A stretch of 64,000 nt of DNA from Malacoraja senta (lineage: Eukaryota). A model generated the notes under the pieces. It had not been told where the DNA came from. It did not search any database and worked only from the letters and a program-made list of their open reading frames with translations. Positions 51,748 to 64,000 of the stretch are shown in pieces. The DNA lies in NCBI GenBank assembly GCA_038087875.1, contig CM075977.1, positions 270,940,001 through 271,004,000 on the forward strand, written 5' to 3'. Made by a program: the position numbers and the translations under genes. Each line of letters begins with the position of its first letter. Position 1 is the first letter of the stretch.

Positions 51748-52148
51748 ATTTAGAAGGATGAGTGGGAATCTTATAGAAACATATAACATTCTTAAAGGAT
51801 TGGACAGGCTAGATGCAGGAATAATGTTCCCGATGTTGGGGGAGTCCAGAACCAGGGGTCACAGTTTAAGAATAAGGGGTAGGCCATTTAGGACTGAGAT
51901 ATGGAAAATATCTTTCACCCAGAGAGTTAATCTGTGGAATTCTCTGCCAGAGAAGGCAGTGGAGGCTAATTCACTGGATGTTTTGAAGAGAGAGTTAGAT
52001 TTAGTTCTTAGGGCTAAAGGAATCAAGGGATATGGGGAAAAAGCAGGAACGGGGTACTGATTTTAGATGATCAGCCATGATCACATGAATGGCGGTGCTG
52101 GCTCGAAGGGCCGAATACCATACTCCTGCACCTATTTTTCTATGTTTC
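51748..52148 (+). mobile_element. CR1 3' fragment
   Basis: ORF 51758-52060 encodes LIETYNILKGLDRLDAG...WNSLP. Confidence 0.92.
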
Positions 52149-54299
52149 AAATCCTCTGTCCATTGCTTTGAGTTGCTGCCTTATTTGTGCATAAATAATG
52201 GCACGTCATTGGTTTAAAGATGACATTCCTTGCAATTGCATGAACAATGAGGTAACTTCTTCCTATTGTCAATAGAATCCAAAAATATCTTCTTGATGAA
52301 GGGCATTTATTTAGCAGAATGCAACATTAAAGGAAAATATACAAATGGACAAACAGCATCCAAGATCTAGAATCATCATTTATCTGAAGTATCCTATCTT
52401 TGGCCCTTCCCTCAGAAGGCTTTTGCTCAGAGACACGAGCAGATGAAAAGAGACCATTCCTTTGATACCAACATACCCATCAAAGTTGTCCATAATTCTA
52501 ACTTTACTTTAGTCATTCATCAACAACAAAAAATTGGACTCCTGTGAACACAGAAACAGTCTTGGGTACTTGAGTCTTTCCTCTATGTCTTCCAGCACTG
52601 CGCCTACTTTATTCCATGACAATCTGTTGCACCAGTCCTTGCCTTGATTGACTATAATGCCTTGCCATTATATATGAAGCTTTCAATCATTGCTTCTTGT
52701 ATTTAGCATTAAAGCCAATAATGTGTCCTCCTGATATTAAACACTTAAAGCAGAGTTTTCTGCAAATTTACTTCAGCCATTCAGATCCTTCGCTGAGATT
52801 TGTTGTCTGGGTTTAGAGATTTTTCAAGTCCTGAAGTGGACATGCACGGGTCGGTCCTGTTGCTTCCGGCAGTGTGGGGACCTCGCATTATGCGGCATGC
52901 AGTGGACCATTTAGATCTTCTGGATTGCGAAAGTGTGAAGAGACGCCAGGAAGCACGGTGCTGCAAACCGCTGTGATGTTTCAAGTATGAGGAACTGCAA
53001 GGAACTGCGAGTTACACTGAGCTGGACTGCAATTCATGCAGCAAGACAACAGTGGGGCACAAACGCACAAATGAACGCACATTCCCACAGGTGGAATGAA
53101 AGAAAGAGATGGATTTCTTCAAGTATCTGCTTCCAACTGTGAAACAGAAGGGGCTGTTCTTGAACTGCGACAACCAAGTTTTACATCAAAATTAAACCAA
53201 AGATCACCATGTAACTCAGTAAATTGTCAAACAAGCTACAAGTACAAGTACAAACTTACAAGGGGTTTCAATACTACAACACTCATTGAGATGGAAAATA
53301 AATTGGCAACTCCAGCATATCAAAAGACATGAATCATTCACATCCTACATGAATGCAGCTTGAGCTGTGTTTTGGTGAAATGCAAAACAGTGGTGACACA
53401 TGCAGGCACAGAATTCGACAGTGAGAGATCATATGAGAGTGAAACAGATGAGAAAACTGGCTCCTGAGAATATTGCACACTCATTATCTTTCCCCTACCC
53501 CATTTTAGAATGTTAGCCTGTGGACCAGCCCAGTCCTTATCCACAACTATTTTAAAGCCAATAGAACTGTTGTACCTGGTCCCAAAAGATGCACCTACTG
53601 ACAATTTAGTCACTTGTCCCACCCAATTACCTTTGAACAGGTCAAACTTTTCATTCTACCTTGAATGGCCCTTCACATATTGCCTGAGGTAACTCTCCAG
53701 AACACATTTTGGCAAATTATACCCGATCTAAACTCTTGGGACTGTGGCAGTACCAATCTCTATTGGGAAAGTTAAAATACCCGTCTATGACAAACCTATT
53801 AGCTTTGCAGCAATCTGCAATTTCTTGCAATATTTGTTCCTCTAATTCCCATTGACTATTTGGGGCCAAGAATGCAAAACCAACAGGGTGATCATCGCCT
53901 TTTTATTTCTCAGCTCTACCCATATAGCCTCACTGGAGAATCTTCAGTTATGTCATAGTGGGTTACTGGCATGATGTTCTCCTTAATCAATAAGGAAAGT
54001 CCGCCTCCTCCCTTACCATCACCTCTATGTCGAATGTAATAACTGGAATATAAAGCTACCAGATATAGCCTGATCCCTTAGCCAGATTTCCGTAATGACT
54101 ATAATGTCACACCCTGAGTTCATTGGCCTTTCTTGTCAGACCTCTCACATTGAAATAAATGCAAGTTAATCCAACTGACTTCCCAGTCTTCAGCCATCTA
54201 AATCCTCCAAGATCCCTCATCTTCTCCACATCCCTGCCCCGCTCTTTCCCAACACCCGAGGTGCCAAACAAGCGGTTTGCTTTGTTCTGAAGCTACAAT

Positions 54300-55290
54300 C
54301 ATTGAGCACGTGGAGGGTGTTCCATCACACTCCTAACTTGCGCCTTGTACTTGTTGGAGGGGCTTTGGGTTGTCATCCACCACAGAATACCCAACCTCTG
54401 ACTGCTCTGGTAGCCACGTTATTTGTGTGGCTGACTCGGAAGACTTTCACATCTATGGTGAGCTCCAGGATGTTGGTGGTCTGGACTAGGCGAAGGTAAT
54501 GCCATTGTATATCAAGCAGAGTGGTGAGACTCTCTCTTCATGTTGATCATCGAATGGCACTTTTGTGGTGCGAATGCTCCTTCATTTATAAGCCTATGCC
54601 TGAATGTGGCCAATGACTTTCTGCAGGCAAGGATTGACTGCTTCATTTGGATAACAATTTCAAATGGAATTGAACATTTTCCCTTAATCAGCATCTCAAC
54701 CCTGGGATTTTGCTGCATGAATTCCTTAGGCAGTGTACTAGGACTAAACCTCTTCAAATGTGGATGTATCAGCATATATCCACATTTGAAGTGCTTTAGG
54801 CCTAGGACACTGCCTAATGATTCCAAGCAGCAATATCCTGGGGTTAAGATCATTCGCCTACACAATGACAATCATCTTCCATTGTGAGATATATCATTCC
54901 ATCTGCTGCCGTGTGATTCCCATGATGTCTATTAACTTCACTTTAACCAGGGTTCTCAATGCCACAATTGGTCAAATAATACCTTGATCTGAGGGGAAGT
55001 CACTCTCACTTCACCTCGCCTCTGGAATTAGAATGGAATACTTCATTGTCACATGTGACTTGGCACGGTGAGATTCTTTGCTTGCATACCCAATGTATAT
55101 AAATTGTTGGTTTGGATCATGGCTGTGATATCATCGGAAGGAGAACGTTCTCATTCAAACCCAAATTAGGCACCAGTGTGCTGGTTATTAGTAAGTGAGT
55201 TATCAAGAAGCGTAGAGTACTTTTGACGAATCTTTCCATAGCTTTGCTGATAATTTGTAGTAGAATAAATGAACGATAATTAGCAAGATT
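54300..55290 (-). mobile_element. Old CR1/L2-group LINE remnant
   Basis: Degenerate SNLANYRSFILLQIISKAME and ..SLGSVLG. RT-region peptides on the minus strand. Confidence 0.55.
54693..54850. repeat. 77-bp-arm inverted repeat with 4-nt loop
   Basis: 54693-54769 vs the reverse complement of 54774-54850: 64/77 identical with no gaps; loop CAGC. Confidence 0.92.
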
Positions 55291-55296
55291 AGATTT

Positions 55297-55426
55297 CTGT
55301 GAAGGAAGGAGCCGCAGATGTTGCTTTAAATCGAAGGTAGACACAAAATGCTGGAATAACTCAGCGGGACAGGCAGCATCTCTAGAGAGAAGAAATGGGT
55401 GATGTTTCGGGTCGAGAACCTTCTTG
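55297..55426 (-). mobile_element. Solo Penelope pseudo-LTR piece
   Basis: AGACACAAAATGCTGGAATAACTCAGCGGGACAGGCAGCATCTC...GTTTCGGGTCGAGAACCTTC. Confidence 0.75.
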
Positions 55427-55494
55427 TTTTTAAAAGAAATTGCACATGGCTGTGCAATTTTTCACACATCATGGCAAAAAGAGATCCTGACTAT

Positions 55495-55795
55495 CTATAG
55501 TGTATAAAATCATGAGTGGAATAGATCAGGTAGATGCACAGAATCTCCTGCCCAGAGAAGGTGAATCGAGGACCCGAGGACATAGGTTTAAGGTGAAGGG
55601 GAAAAGATTTAATAGGAATCTGAGGTGTAACTTGTTCACACAAAGGGTGGTTGGTATATGGAACAAGTTGCCAGAGGAGGTAGTTGAGGCAGGGACTATC
55701 CCAACGTTTAAGGTGGGATTAGTGTAGCTTGGACATGTTGGTGGGTGTGGGCAAGTTGGACTGAAGGGCCTGTTTCCACACTGTATCACTCTACC
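55495..55795 (+). mobile_element. CR1 3' fragment
   Basis: ORF 55500-55727 encodes YKIMSGIDQVDAQNLLPREGESRTRGHRFKVKG. Confidence 0.88.
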
Positions 55796-55990
55796 TTATC
55801 TATGCCTCTCATAATCTCATACACTTCTATTACATTATCCTTCAGCCTTGTTTGTTCCAGAGAAAATAAGGCCAGCCCATCCAATCTTACCCCCAAACTA
55901 AAGTCTTCCAATTCTGATGAGTTTCCTCTGTACACTATTCAATGCAGCCATGTCCTTCCTTTGTGTGGTAATCAGAAATGCACTCAATAT

Positions 55991-58900
55991 ATAATATGGA
56001 GAGTATGGAGACTAATCTGTCTAAAAAAATTGATGTTGCTTGTGGTGAGTTAAAGGAGCTGAAGAAGCAGTATAAGGAGCTTGATAATAAATTAACGTCA
56101 GAATGTGCTAAAATGGAAAAAGATTATAATAAGAAATTTAATGAGATACACGATAACATGGAAAAGTTTGATGAGCTGATGGAAGAGATGGAGAATGGAA
56201 TGAAAGAGATGGCTACGGAAATAAAGAGTCTGAAAAAAGCACAGAAATCTGAGGGGGAGCAACTTGTGCGAATGACTGACAAATGTTTGGACTTGGAGGC
56301 GAGATCGAGAAGGCAGAATTTGAGAATTGTTGGAGTAAGTGAAGGACGAGGGGGTCGTGGATCTCAAACACGGACTTTCGTTGCTGACTTACTTAAAGAT
56401 ATTTTTAAACTGCCGGAATACCCAAGAATAGATATCGGTTGGACGTGTTCCAAAAGGGACAAGTGCTCCTCCAAGACAGATAATTGTGAAATTCCTCGAC
56501 ATCTCTTCAGTGGAATATATATTGAATAAGATTACCCATGGGGAGAATCTGACATATCTTGGGGATAATATTAGACTCTTCCGTAATTATCCCCCTGAGG
56601 TCGTCCAGAAAAGGAACTTGTTTACACAGACAAGAAATATTCTGAAAGGAGTACCCCATGTGAGATATAGGGTGGTCTACCCAGCAAAAATGAAGATTAC
56701 TTATAAGGGCACTGAACGCTCATTTACGGATCCCGAAAAGGCTTTTAAGTACGCAGAGGATATCGTAAAGAAAATACTGGGGGAAGAGGACGACAAGGAA
56801 GAATATTGAACTTTTTAACTTTTTAAGACAGGGTTTTGCTCTGGTTAAGATGGCGGAACTTTTCCAGACAGCTACAAGATATGCTTATCTGTCTGGAAAG
56901 TGTTCTCGAGAGTACAGTCCATGTTTCACCTTGAATGAAAAACTTAAAGATAAACAAAAGGACGTTGAAGATACAGAATTAATAAGGGGATTAATAAGGG
57001 ACATGGAACGAGATAATATTGATTGGAATATAAAAATTTGTTGATTTAAGAAAATCTTTAATCATTATATTTTAATTATAAATAATCAATTAATCTAACA
57101 AATTTAATAATACTAATTATCTGTTAATGTAAGCGGCAAATATGAATAACCCATGAAGCGGGGAAGGAGATAATGGGATTGTACATAATTTTGATTTTAT
57201 ATATTTAAAATAGTTAAGGGAAATGAACTAATATTGATGATATATACTAATATACAGTAATTAACTAAAATGTTCATAATAATCCTAACAAACTAATACT
57301 GTGTGTGAAGGAGGCAGGCGCAGTATACACTTGGAAAAGATCCAGAAGTGTGGCTTTGTTTAACCCCTTGGTACCTGCTTGTATTAAAGTTAAAGAATGG
57401 GATATCATGTAAACACTTTGGGTGGATATATATGGTAAAGTTTAGACTAGATTAAGGTTAGATAAATTGGAAAGGCATATATACTAATAGAACTGAATAT
57501 ATGCTGTGTTTTATTTTTGTTTTTTTATGTTTTACTTCTTTTTCTGAATTCTTTCTGTTTTTACTGGCGCTGGTTTGATAAATTTATAAAAAAATAAAAA
57601 ATAAAACAACATATGAAACGGTCTGTAGCCTTTCATGAGACTCTGCTAAGGGGATGGAGCTCAATGTATAACAACATCAACAGAAGTCCATACATTTTTC
57701 ACCACCTTAGGTGGCTATTTGTTTTTAAGGTATCTTTTCTTAGATACCTTAACATCACTTTAAAAAAAAAATCACTATAAAGATTTCTATTTGTTTAATT
57801 TTTTTGTAATCAATTTGATATCACATTTTTTCTTTCTTTTTCTAAGGTACTACACAGGAAGGAGATGTAATATAAATTTTAAAATTCGGGATGACCACCC
57901 AGAATTCTGAGGTATTTGGTTGCATCATATGATTCAAGAACACTATACTGATAAATAATGCAAGACGATAGACAAATAAAGAATGGAGGAATTATATTCT
58001 GTAGTTGGAATATAAGGAGTGCCAATGAACCAATTAAGAGGGGTAACATTTTTGCTCAATTAAAATCTTTGAATTGTGACATAATGTTTTTGCAGGAAAC
58101 ACACATGAAATAACAAACACAGATGAGATTAAAGGCGAAGTGGATAGGTCAAACATATTATTCTTCATTTACTTCTAAATCTAGAGGTACGGCTATTATT
58201 ATTCGGAAAGGTATACCTTTTAAATTAAAGAATACTATTTCAGATAAAGAGGGAAGGTATATTATAGTTTCGGGAGAAATTTATTCAACCCCACTGACTA
58301 TGATAAATATTTACGCTCCGAATTTTGACAACCCCCAATTTTATAATAAAATTACAGATATAATATCAGAGTTTAATTACCAAAATGTAATAATAGGGGG
58401 GGACTTCAATTGTGTTTTAGATCCATACTTAGACAAATCAGTAAAACAAAGGAGGGGTAATTTAAAATCTAAGACTAGTGAACTTCTAAATACATATATA
58501 AAAAATACTAATATAACAGACGTATGGAGAACTGCTAATCCAACTGGAAAGGAATACTCGTTTTACTCATCGGTACATAAAACTTATTCACGAATTGATT
58601 ATTTTTTAGTGGATATAAAATTAATTCCATATACAATTAATCCTTCATACCACACCAGCATTATTTCTGATCATTTTCCGTTGACATTTCTATTAAAATT
58701 TGAGGGAATGCCAGGTAAAAAATCTTTTTGGAGGTTTAATACACAAATTTTAAACGACACACAAGGTTATAAATATTTAAAACAACAAATGAAACTTTTT
58801 TTTGAGACAAATGAAACACCAGGTATTTCGCCTTCTTTATTATGGGAAACTTTCAAGGCATTTATTAGAGGAGTTATAATCTCATATCAAATTTTTCAAA

Positions 58901-61900
58901 ATAAAAAGAATAAGACAGAACAACTGATGCTAGAACAAGAAATTAGACAATGTCAAATAATGCCAAAGATCCTACTACAGATAAACATAATAAGATAATA
59001 CTACTGAAATTTAAACTTAATCGAATTTTATCGGCAAGAGTAATAAGATTATTCCAAATTACAAAACAGGAACATTTCGAATTTGGGGACAAACCACATA
59101 AGCTCTTAGCTCGTCAATTGAAAAAACAAGAAAAGGAAAATACTATCACTAAAATTAAATCAGAGAAAGGTGAATTACTAATATTACCTAAGGATATTCA
59201 CAATAGATTTGCTCAATTTTATTAAAATTTATATACATCTAAAACTAAAATAGAAGATAGTAAAATTATAAATTTTTTAGATAACTGTAATCTTCCAAAA
59301 CTTGATCTTTCGGAACAAGAGGAACTAAGTGCTCAGATTACACTTGAAGAAATAGGTGAAACAATAAAATTGTTGAAAAATGGTAAGACGCCTGGACCAA
59401 ATGGTTTTAGTAATGAATTTTATAAAAGATTTCATGAGATAACGACTCCATACTTATTTAATTTATATACTCACGCTTTTAAAGAAAATAAACTACCAGA
59501 AACATTAGCAGAATCAACTATTACGCTTATTCCAAAAAAAGATAAAGATTTAGATGAACCGGGCTCATATAGAGCTATATCACTTTTAAATACAGATCAG
59601 AAAATTATAGCAAAGACTTTAGCAAGAAGATTGAGTAAATATATCAGTAAATTGATAAATCCTGATCAAACGGGGTTTATACCCAAAAGACATTTAATAA
59701 TTTGAGACGCCTGTTTAATATAATGTACTCACATAAAACGGAGGAAGAAGATATATCAATTGTTTCTCTGGACGCAGAGAAAGCATTTGATCAGGTAGAG
59801 TGGCAGTATTTATATAAAGTACTGCAAAAATTTAATATGGGAGAAAATTTTATTGCATGGGTAAAATTATTATATGATAAACCGATGGCAAGAATATTAA
59901 CCAATAATATGTTATCTCCAAAATTTCAATTATCAAGGGGCAATAGGCAGGGATGTGCGTTATCACCCCTGCTATTTGCCCTTATGATAGAGCCCCTGGC
60001 TGAAAGTATAAGAATTCATCCGAATATTCAGGGATATAATACTAGGGACTCAAATAATAAAATTTCATTATATGCAGACGATATACTTTTATATATTACA
60101 AATTCACAAACGAGCATACCAAATTTATTAAATTTAATAGAGGAATTCGGGTCCTTTTCTGGATATAGAATAAACTGGAATAAAAGTGAAATCATGACGT
60201 TAAAACCTCAAGAATCTACACACTTATTGAAATTCCCCTTTAAGATTGCAACAGAAAAATTTAAATATTTGGGTATTCAAATTACTAGAAAATATAAAGC
60301 ATTATTTAATGCTAATTTTATGCCTTTATTAAATAAACTCAACACGTTGATTAAATTCTGGAAAACCCTTCCCTTATCATTAATAGGTAGAATAAACGCT
60401 ATAAAAATGATCTTTCTACCACAATTATTATACCTATTTCAATCTATACCATTATATATACCAAAATTAAAAAAAAAAAACTAGACTTTAATATTACTAA
60501 TTTTATTTGGGACTATAGATCACACAGAATTTTTTAAAAACCACTTATGTAAGCCAAAAGATGTCGGGGGACTTTCACTTCCGAACTTTTTGTATTACTA
60601 TTGGGCAGTGCATATTAAGAATATAATTTACTGGTTGGACAGAAACAATAAGAATTTGGAAACAAATAAAATTATCTCTAAAATTAAGAAATCTATCATT
60701 GTTAATGCCAATAGTGAATAATCCTTAATTTAAACCATCTCTTATTGATAAAACATAACCAATGGGAAAGAATGGGAATTAAAAGGGTCGGTGATATGTA
60801 TGAAATGGGAAACCTGTTATCATTCCAACAATTACAATTAAAATATAAACTGAATAATAACCAATATTATAAATATCTTCAGATTTGCGACTTCATGAAG
60901 AAATACATACAAAGATATCAAAACATAACTTTTGATCCACTGGAAGAAGCAATGACTATTAAGGCTGACTCACAGAAATTAATATCATATTTATATAATA
61001 GTATTTTAAATATAGACCTACCATCGACAGAGGCACTTAGAGAAGAGTGGGATGAGAATTAATGATTAAAATTACAAAGGAAACATGGGAAAAGTATTTG
61101 ATATATATACACAAATGTTCGATTAATGTAAGACATAATTTAATTCAATTTAAAATTTTACATAGATATTATTCAAAAACTAGATTGAATAAATTCTATC
61201 CAATTATGTCCCCCATTTGTGATAAATGTTTATCCCAAAACGCAACTATAACACACTCTTTCATTTCCTGCATAAAACCTTATAAATTTTGGAGTGATAT
61301 TTTTGAAATATTTACAAAATTATTCAAGATAAAAATGGAACCTAAAACTGAAATTATTATATTTGGAGTAATGGAAGACGGGAATAAATTGAACTCATCT
61401 CAAAATTTATTTTTTAATTATGGTTTAATAATGGCAAAAAAACAAATACTTAAATTTTGGAAAAATACACCAATACCAACGCTTAAAATGTGGATTTCAA
61501 GCATGTTGGACACCGCACACCTTGAGGAAATGCGATTCCTCCTAATAGATAAATCAGACCAATTCTTAACGAGTTGGTCTCCATTTGTTGTCTTTTTGGA
61601 AGCATATGGTGCAACACAATTGTAGAAGCTAACTGTTCCAGGACTGGGTGAGGGATGGTCAAGATTATAAATAATGATCTCCTTAATTTTTTTTTTACTT
61701 ACTATTCTGTTTCTTTCTATCTTCTTTTATTCACTTTTCTTCTTTCACCCTTTTTTCTTTTTCACACACTATATATCACACGTTTTTCTTTCTTTTATTA
61801 TCTATTCTCTCTTTTTCTTCTTCATTATAATATAAAAAAAAGAAGCTGTACATAAAATGTAATATGTCAATATATATTAGGCACTTTGGTGCCATATGAT

Positions 61901-61948
61901 TGTACTTGCTTCTAATAAAATTAAAAAAAAATAAAAAATAAAAAAAAA
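55991..61948 (+). mobile_element. Nearly full-length, inactivated L1 (ORF1, long spacer, ORF2, 3' UTR, poly(A))
   Basis: ORF1 coiled coil with DLEARSRRQNLRIVGVSE (to 56809). ORF2 from ATG 57958 (SWNI, LQETH, GGDFN, YSRIDY, LYADD, CDKC..H...C) to 61625, with stops and frameshifts. AATAAA and A-tail. 17-bp TSD agaaatgcactcaatat (55974-55990) / agatatgcaatcaatat (61949-61965). Confidence 0.96.
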
Positions 61949-62404
61949 AGATATGCAATCAATATTCCATTGTGAAAATTGTTCAAATGAAACTGACTAA
62001 ATGCTTAATGTTTATATTTAATTCTCTTGATATTATTTGCTGGAAATTTCAACGTATTTACTTTAACGCCTCAAATGAATGTTTGGTTAATGTAGTTGGA
62101 TGTAAAAGGGTTAATAGATTTGTATTTGTGTGAAATGATTTCTAAATGTAGTCTTGTAACCTTTGAGCAAGACATCCTGTAATTCAATCAATAAACAAAT
62201 TTCATTCAGCCAAATTTAGAAAGTGGCACTGAGGGGAAATGGATTTTAACTCCAACTAATTTGATCTTGCATCAATTCACATGTCACCCGTTGAAACAAA
62301 ACAAAGCACCCATTCTTGAACTTCTGCTAAGTTTTTCTCCAAAGTTTTATGCCTTCAAAATAATGCATCCGAACAACTTTCAATATTGATGTGAAATTGC
62401 TCAC

Positions 62405-62545
62405 CGGTGCCCGCATAATACTTAGTGCAGTTTCCATACTCAATGTCTTCCTCTTTAAGATCAAATTGTGGTAATGCAATTTTCTCCATCTGTACAGGGT
62501 CCTTAGATTGCCAATTGAACTTGAGGTCATCTGTGGTGTAGCCAA
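62405..62545 (-). CDS. GLRB: GlyR beta exon (human exon 7 equivalent), extracellular domain up to loop C
   Basis: 141 bp with acceptor ccttccttctcAG and donor GTGAG. Encodes (F)[46 protein letters not shown](G), close to human [47 protein letters not shown] as recalled. This frame is not in the ORF track. Confidence 0.95.
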
Positions 62546-63039
62546 CTGAGAAGGAAGGTGCACATAATTAACAAAAATCGATGCAGGTGCAGGAAATGTG
62601 ATTAAAACAAAACTGTAATTTTGTTGGCTGCAATAATGGCAAATCTTTGGTCGGCTGCACCTCCTGTTTCTACTTTCCATGCATTTGTAAATCTTTTCTA
62701 TTTACTCAAGTCAAACAGTTTTACCTGGTTTAGGTGGGCACCATAGCTTTGCACTGTAGGTCTAGGCTATGGGGCCCATGATATTGGGTATTCTTAAAGT
62801 GGAGATTGATTGTTTTTTGTTTAGTAAAGGTGTCAAAGGTTTTGGGGAGAATGGGGTTGATAGGGAAAAATAGATCAGCAACGATTGAATGGTGGAGTTG
62901 GCTCGATGGGAGGAATGGCCTAATTCTGCTCCTATGTCGTATAGTCTTACAGTCTTCTAGAACTTAGCTATTGCTAATAGATTACTCTGAAAGGGCTGCA
63001 ATGAACAGATGAGTCATTCCAAATCGTTGCACAGAGCAC

Positions 63040-63510
63040 AGCTTAGAAACTATTCCAGAACACGTTTCCTTTTTTTGCATTTACCCGTCCCTCCCTCACC
63101 TTCTACCCCATTAGACTTCACATTCATGCATTTCCAAAACTCCCCATATGACAAGACTACAAAGCATCTACTCCCCCGCTTCCAATATAGAAACATAAAC
63201 CCATGGCATGATCTGGTTCACTCTATTTCCACTCTCCCTTTCACAGCATCTTGCAGTGCAACTACAGGACACATCCCCTTTCACCTCCTCTTTCCCACTG
63301 TACAGGGCCTTGAGCACTTTTCAGATGATGCGCTGCACTGACGTAGTTGTACATCTCTCAGATTGCTATCCTGTTTTCTCATGATATTGGTTTCATTTCA
63401 CTGGAGACATTGAATGCTGTAAAGGTAACCACATAGCAAAGTACCTTCAATCAGCTCACAAGTGGGACTTCAAAATTTCAATCACCTGCCACTTCAAATT
63501 TCCATTCCAT
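63040..63510 (+). mobile_element. Old Penelope-like fragment
   Basis: Degenerate homolog of the 8860-9565 GIY-YIG region. Confidence 0.5.
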
Positions 63511-63513
63511 TCT

Positions 63514-63845
63514 TAGAGTCATAGTGATGCAGTGTTGAAACAGTCCCTTTGGCCCAACTTGCCCATACCGGCCAACATGTCCCAGCTACACCAGTCCCAC
63601 CTGACCGCGTTTAGTCCATATCCCTCCAAACCTGTCCTATCCATGTACCTGTTTGTTACTTAAATGTTGGGATAGTCCCTGCCTCAACTACCTCCTCTGA
63701 CAGCTTGTTCTATACACCCATAACCCTTTGGAAAAGTTACCCCTCAGATTCCTACTAAATCTTTCCCCCTTCACCTTAAAACTACAGTATGTCCTCTGGC
63801 CCTCGATTCACCTACTCTGGGCAAGACACTGTATGCATCTACCTG
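63514..63845 (-). mobile_element. CR1 3' fragment
   Basis: Same family as 18075-18436 and 41008-41365. Confidence 0.85.
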
Positions 63846-63856
63846 TGCATCAATCC

Positions 63857-64000
63857 GGCGACTATGGTGGTGCAGCGGTAGAGTTGCTGCCTAACAGCAC
63901 TTGCCGTGCCGGAGACCCGGGACCGATCCCAACTACGGGTGCTCTCTCTATGGGGTTTGTATGTTCTCCCCGTGACCGCATGAGTTTTCTCAGTTTCCTC
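63857..64000 (+). mobile_element. V-SINE 5' part, cut by window end
   Basis: tRNA-like head and V-domain. Confidence 0.85.

Noticed and set aside
62327-62680. 117-aa ORF from the track
   Set aside because: It is the wrong frame over the real GLRB exon 62405-62545.

Overview
Eukaryotic, repeat-dense vertebrate DNA. The HE1-type V-SINEs, HER1-like CR1 LINEs and Penelope/Neptune-like pieces point to a cartilaginous fish, probably a skate or ray (inference). The window lies inside a minus-strand glycine receptor beta subunit gene (GLRB or a GLRB-like paralog). Three coding exons are present: 62405-62545, 42862-43014 and 40118-40443, covering loop C, M1, M2-M3 and the start of the M3-M4 loop. The terminal exon (gephyrin site and M4) was not found, so the last intron appears to exceed 40 kb. 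The introns are mostly transposon-derived: three L1 copies, many CR1 pieces, a Rex1/Babar LINE, V-SINEs, three PIF/Harbinger MITEs, a hAT MITE, a TIR element with a 7-bp TSD and a 2-kb non-autonomous Helitron. The most notable observations are: (i) the Helitron carries two TATA-ETS-Inr-exon-splice donor cassettes in the same orientation as GLRB; (ii) a recurring class of Penelope pseudo-LTR fold-back insertions with ~12-15-bp TSDs and a minimal hammerhead-like motif, one containing a pre-miRNA-like stem; (iii) unusual substitutions in the M2 pore helix. All calls were made by eye; repeat boundaries are approximate unless a TSD or TIR is quoted.
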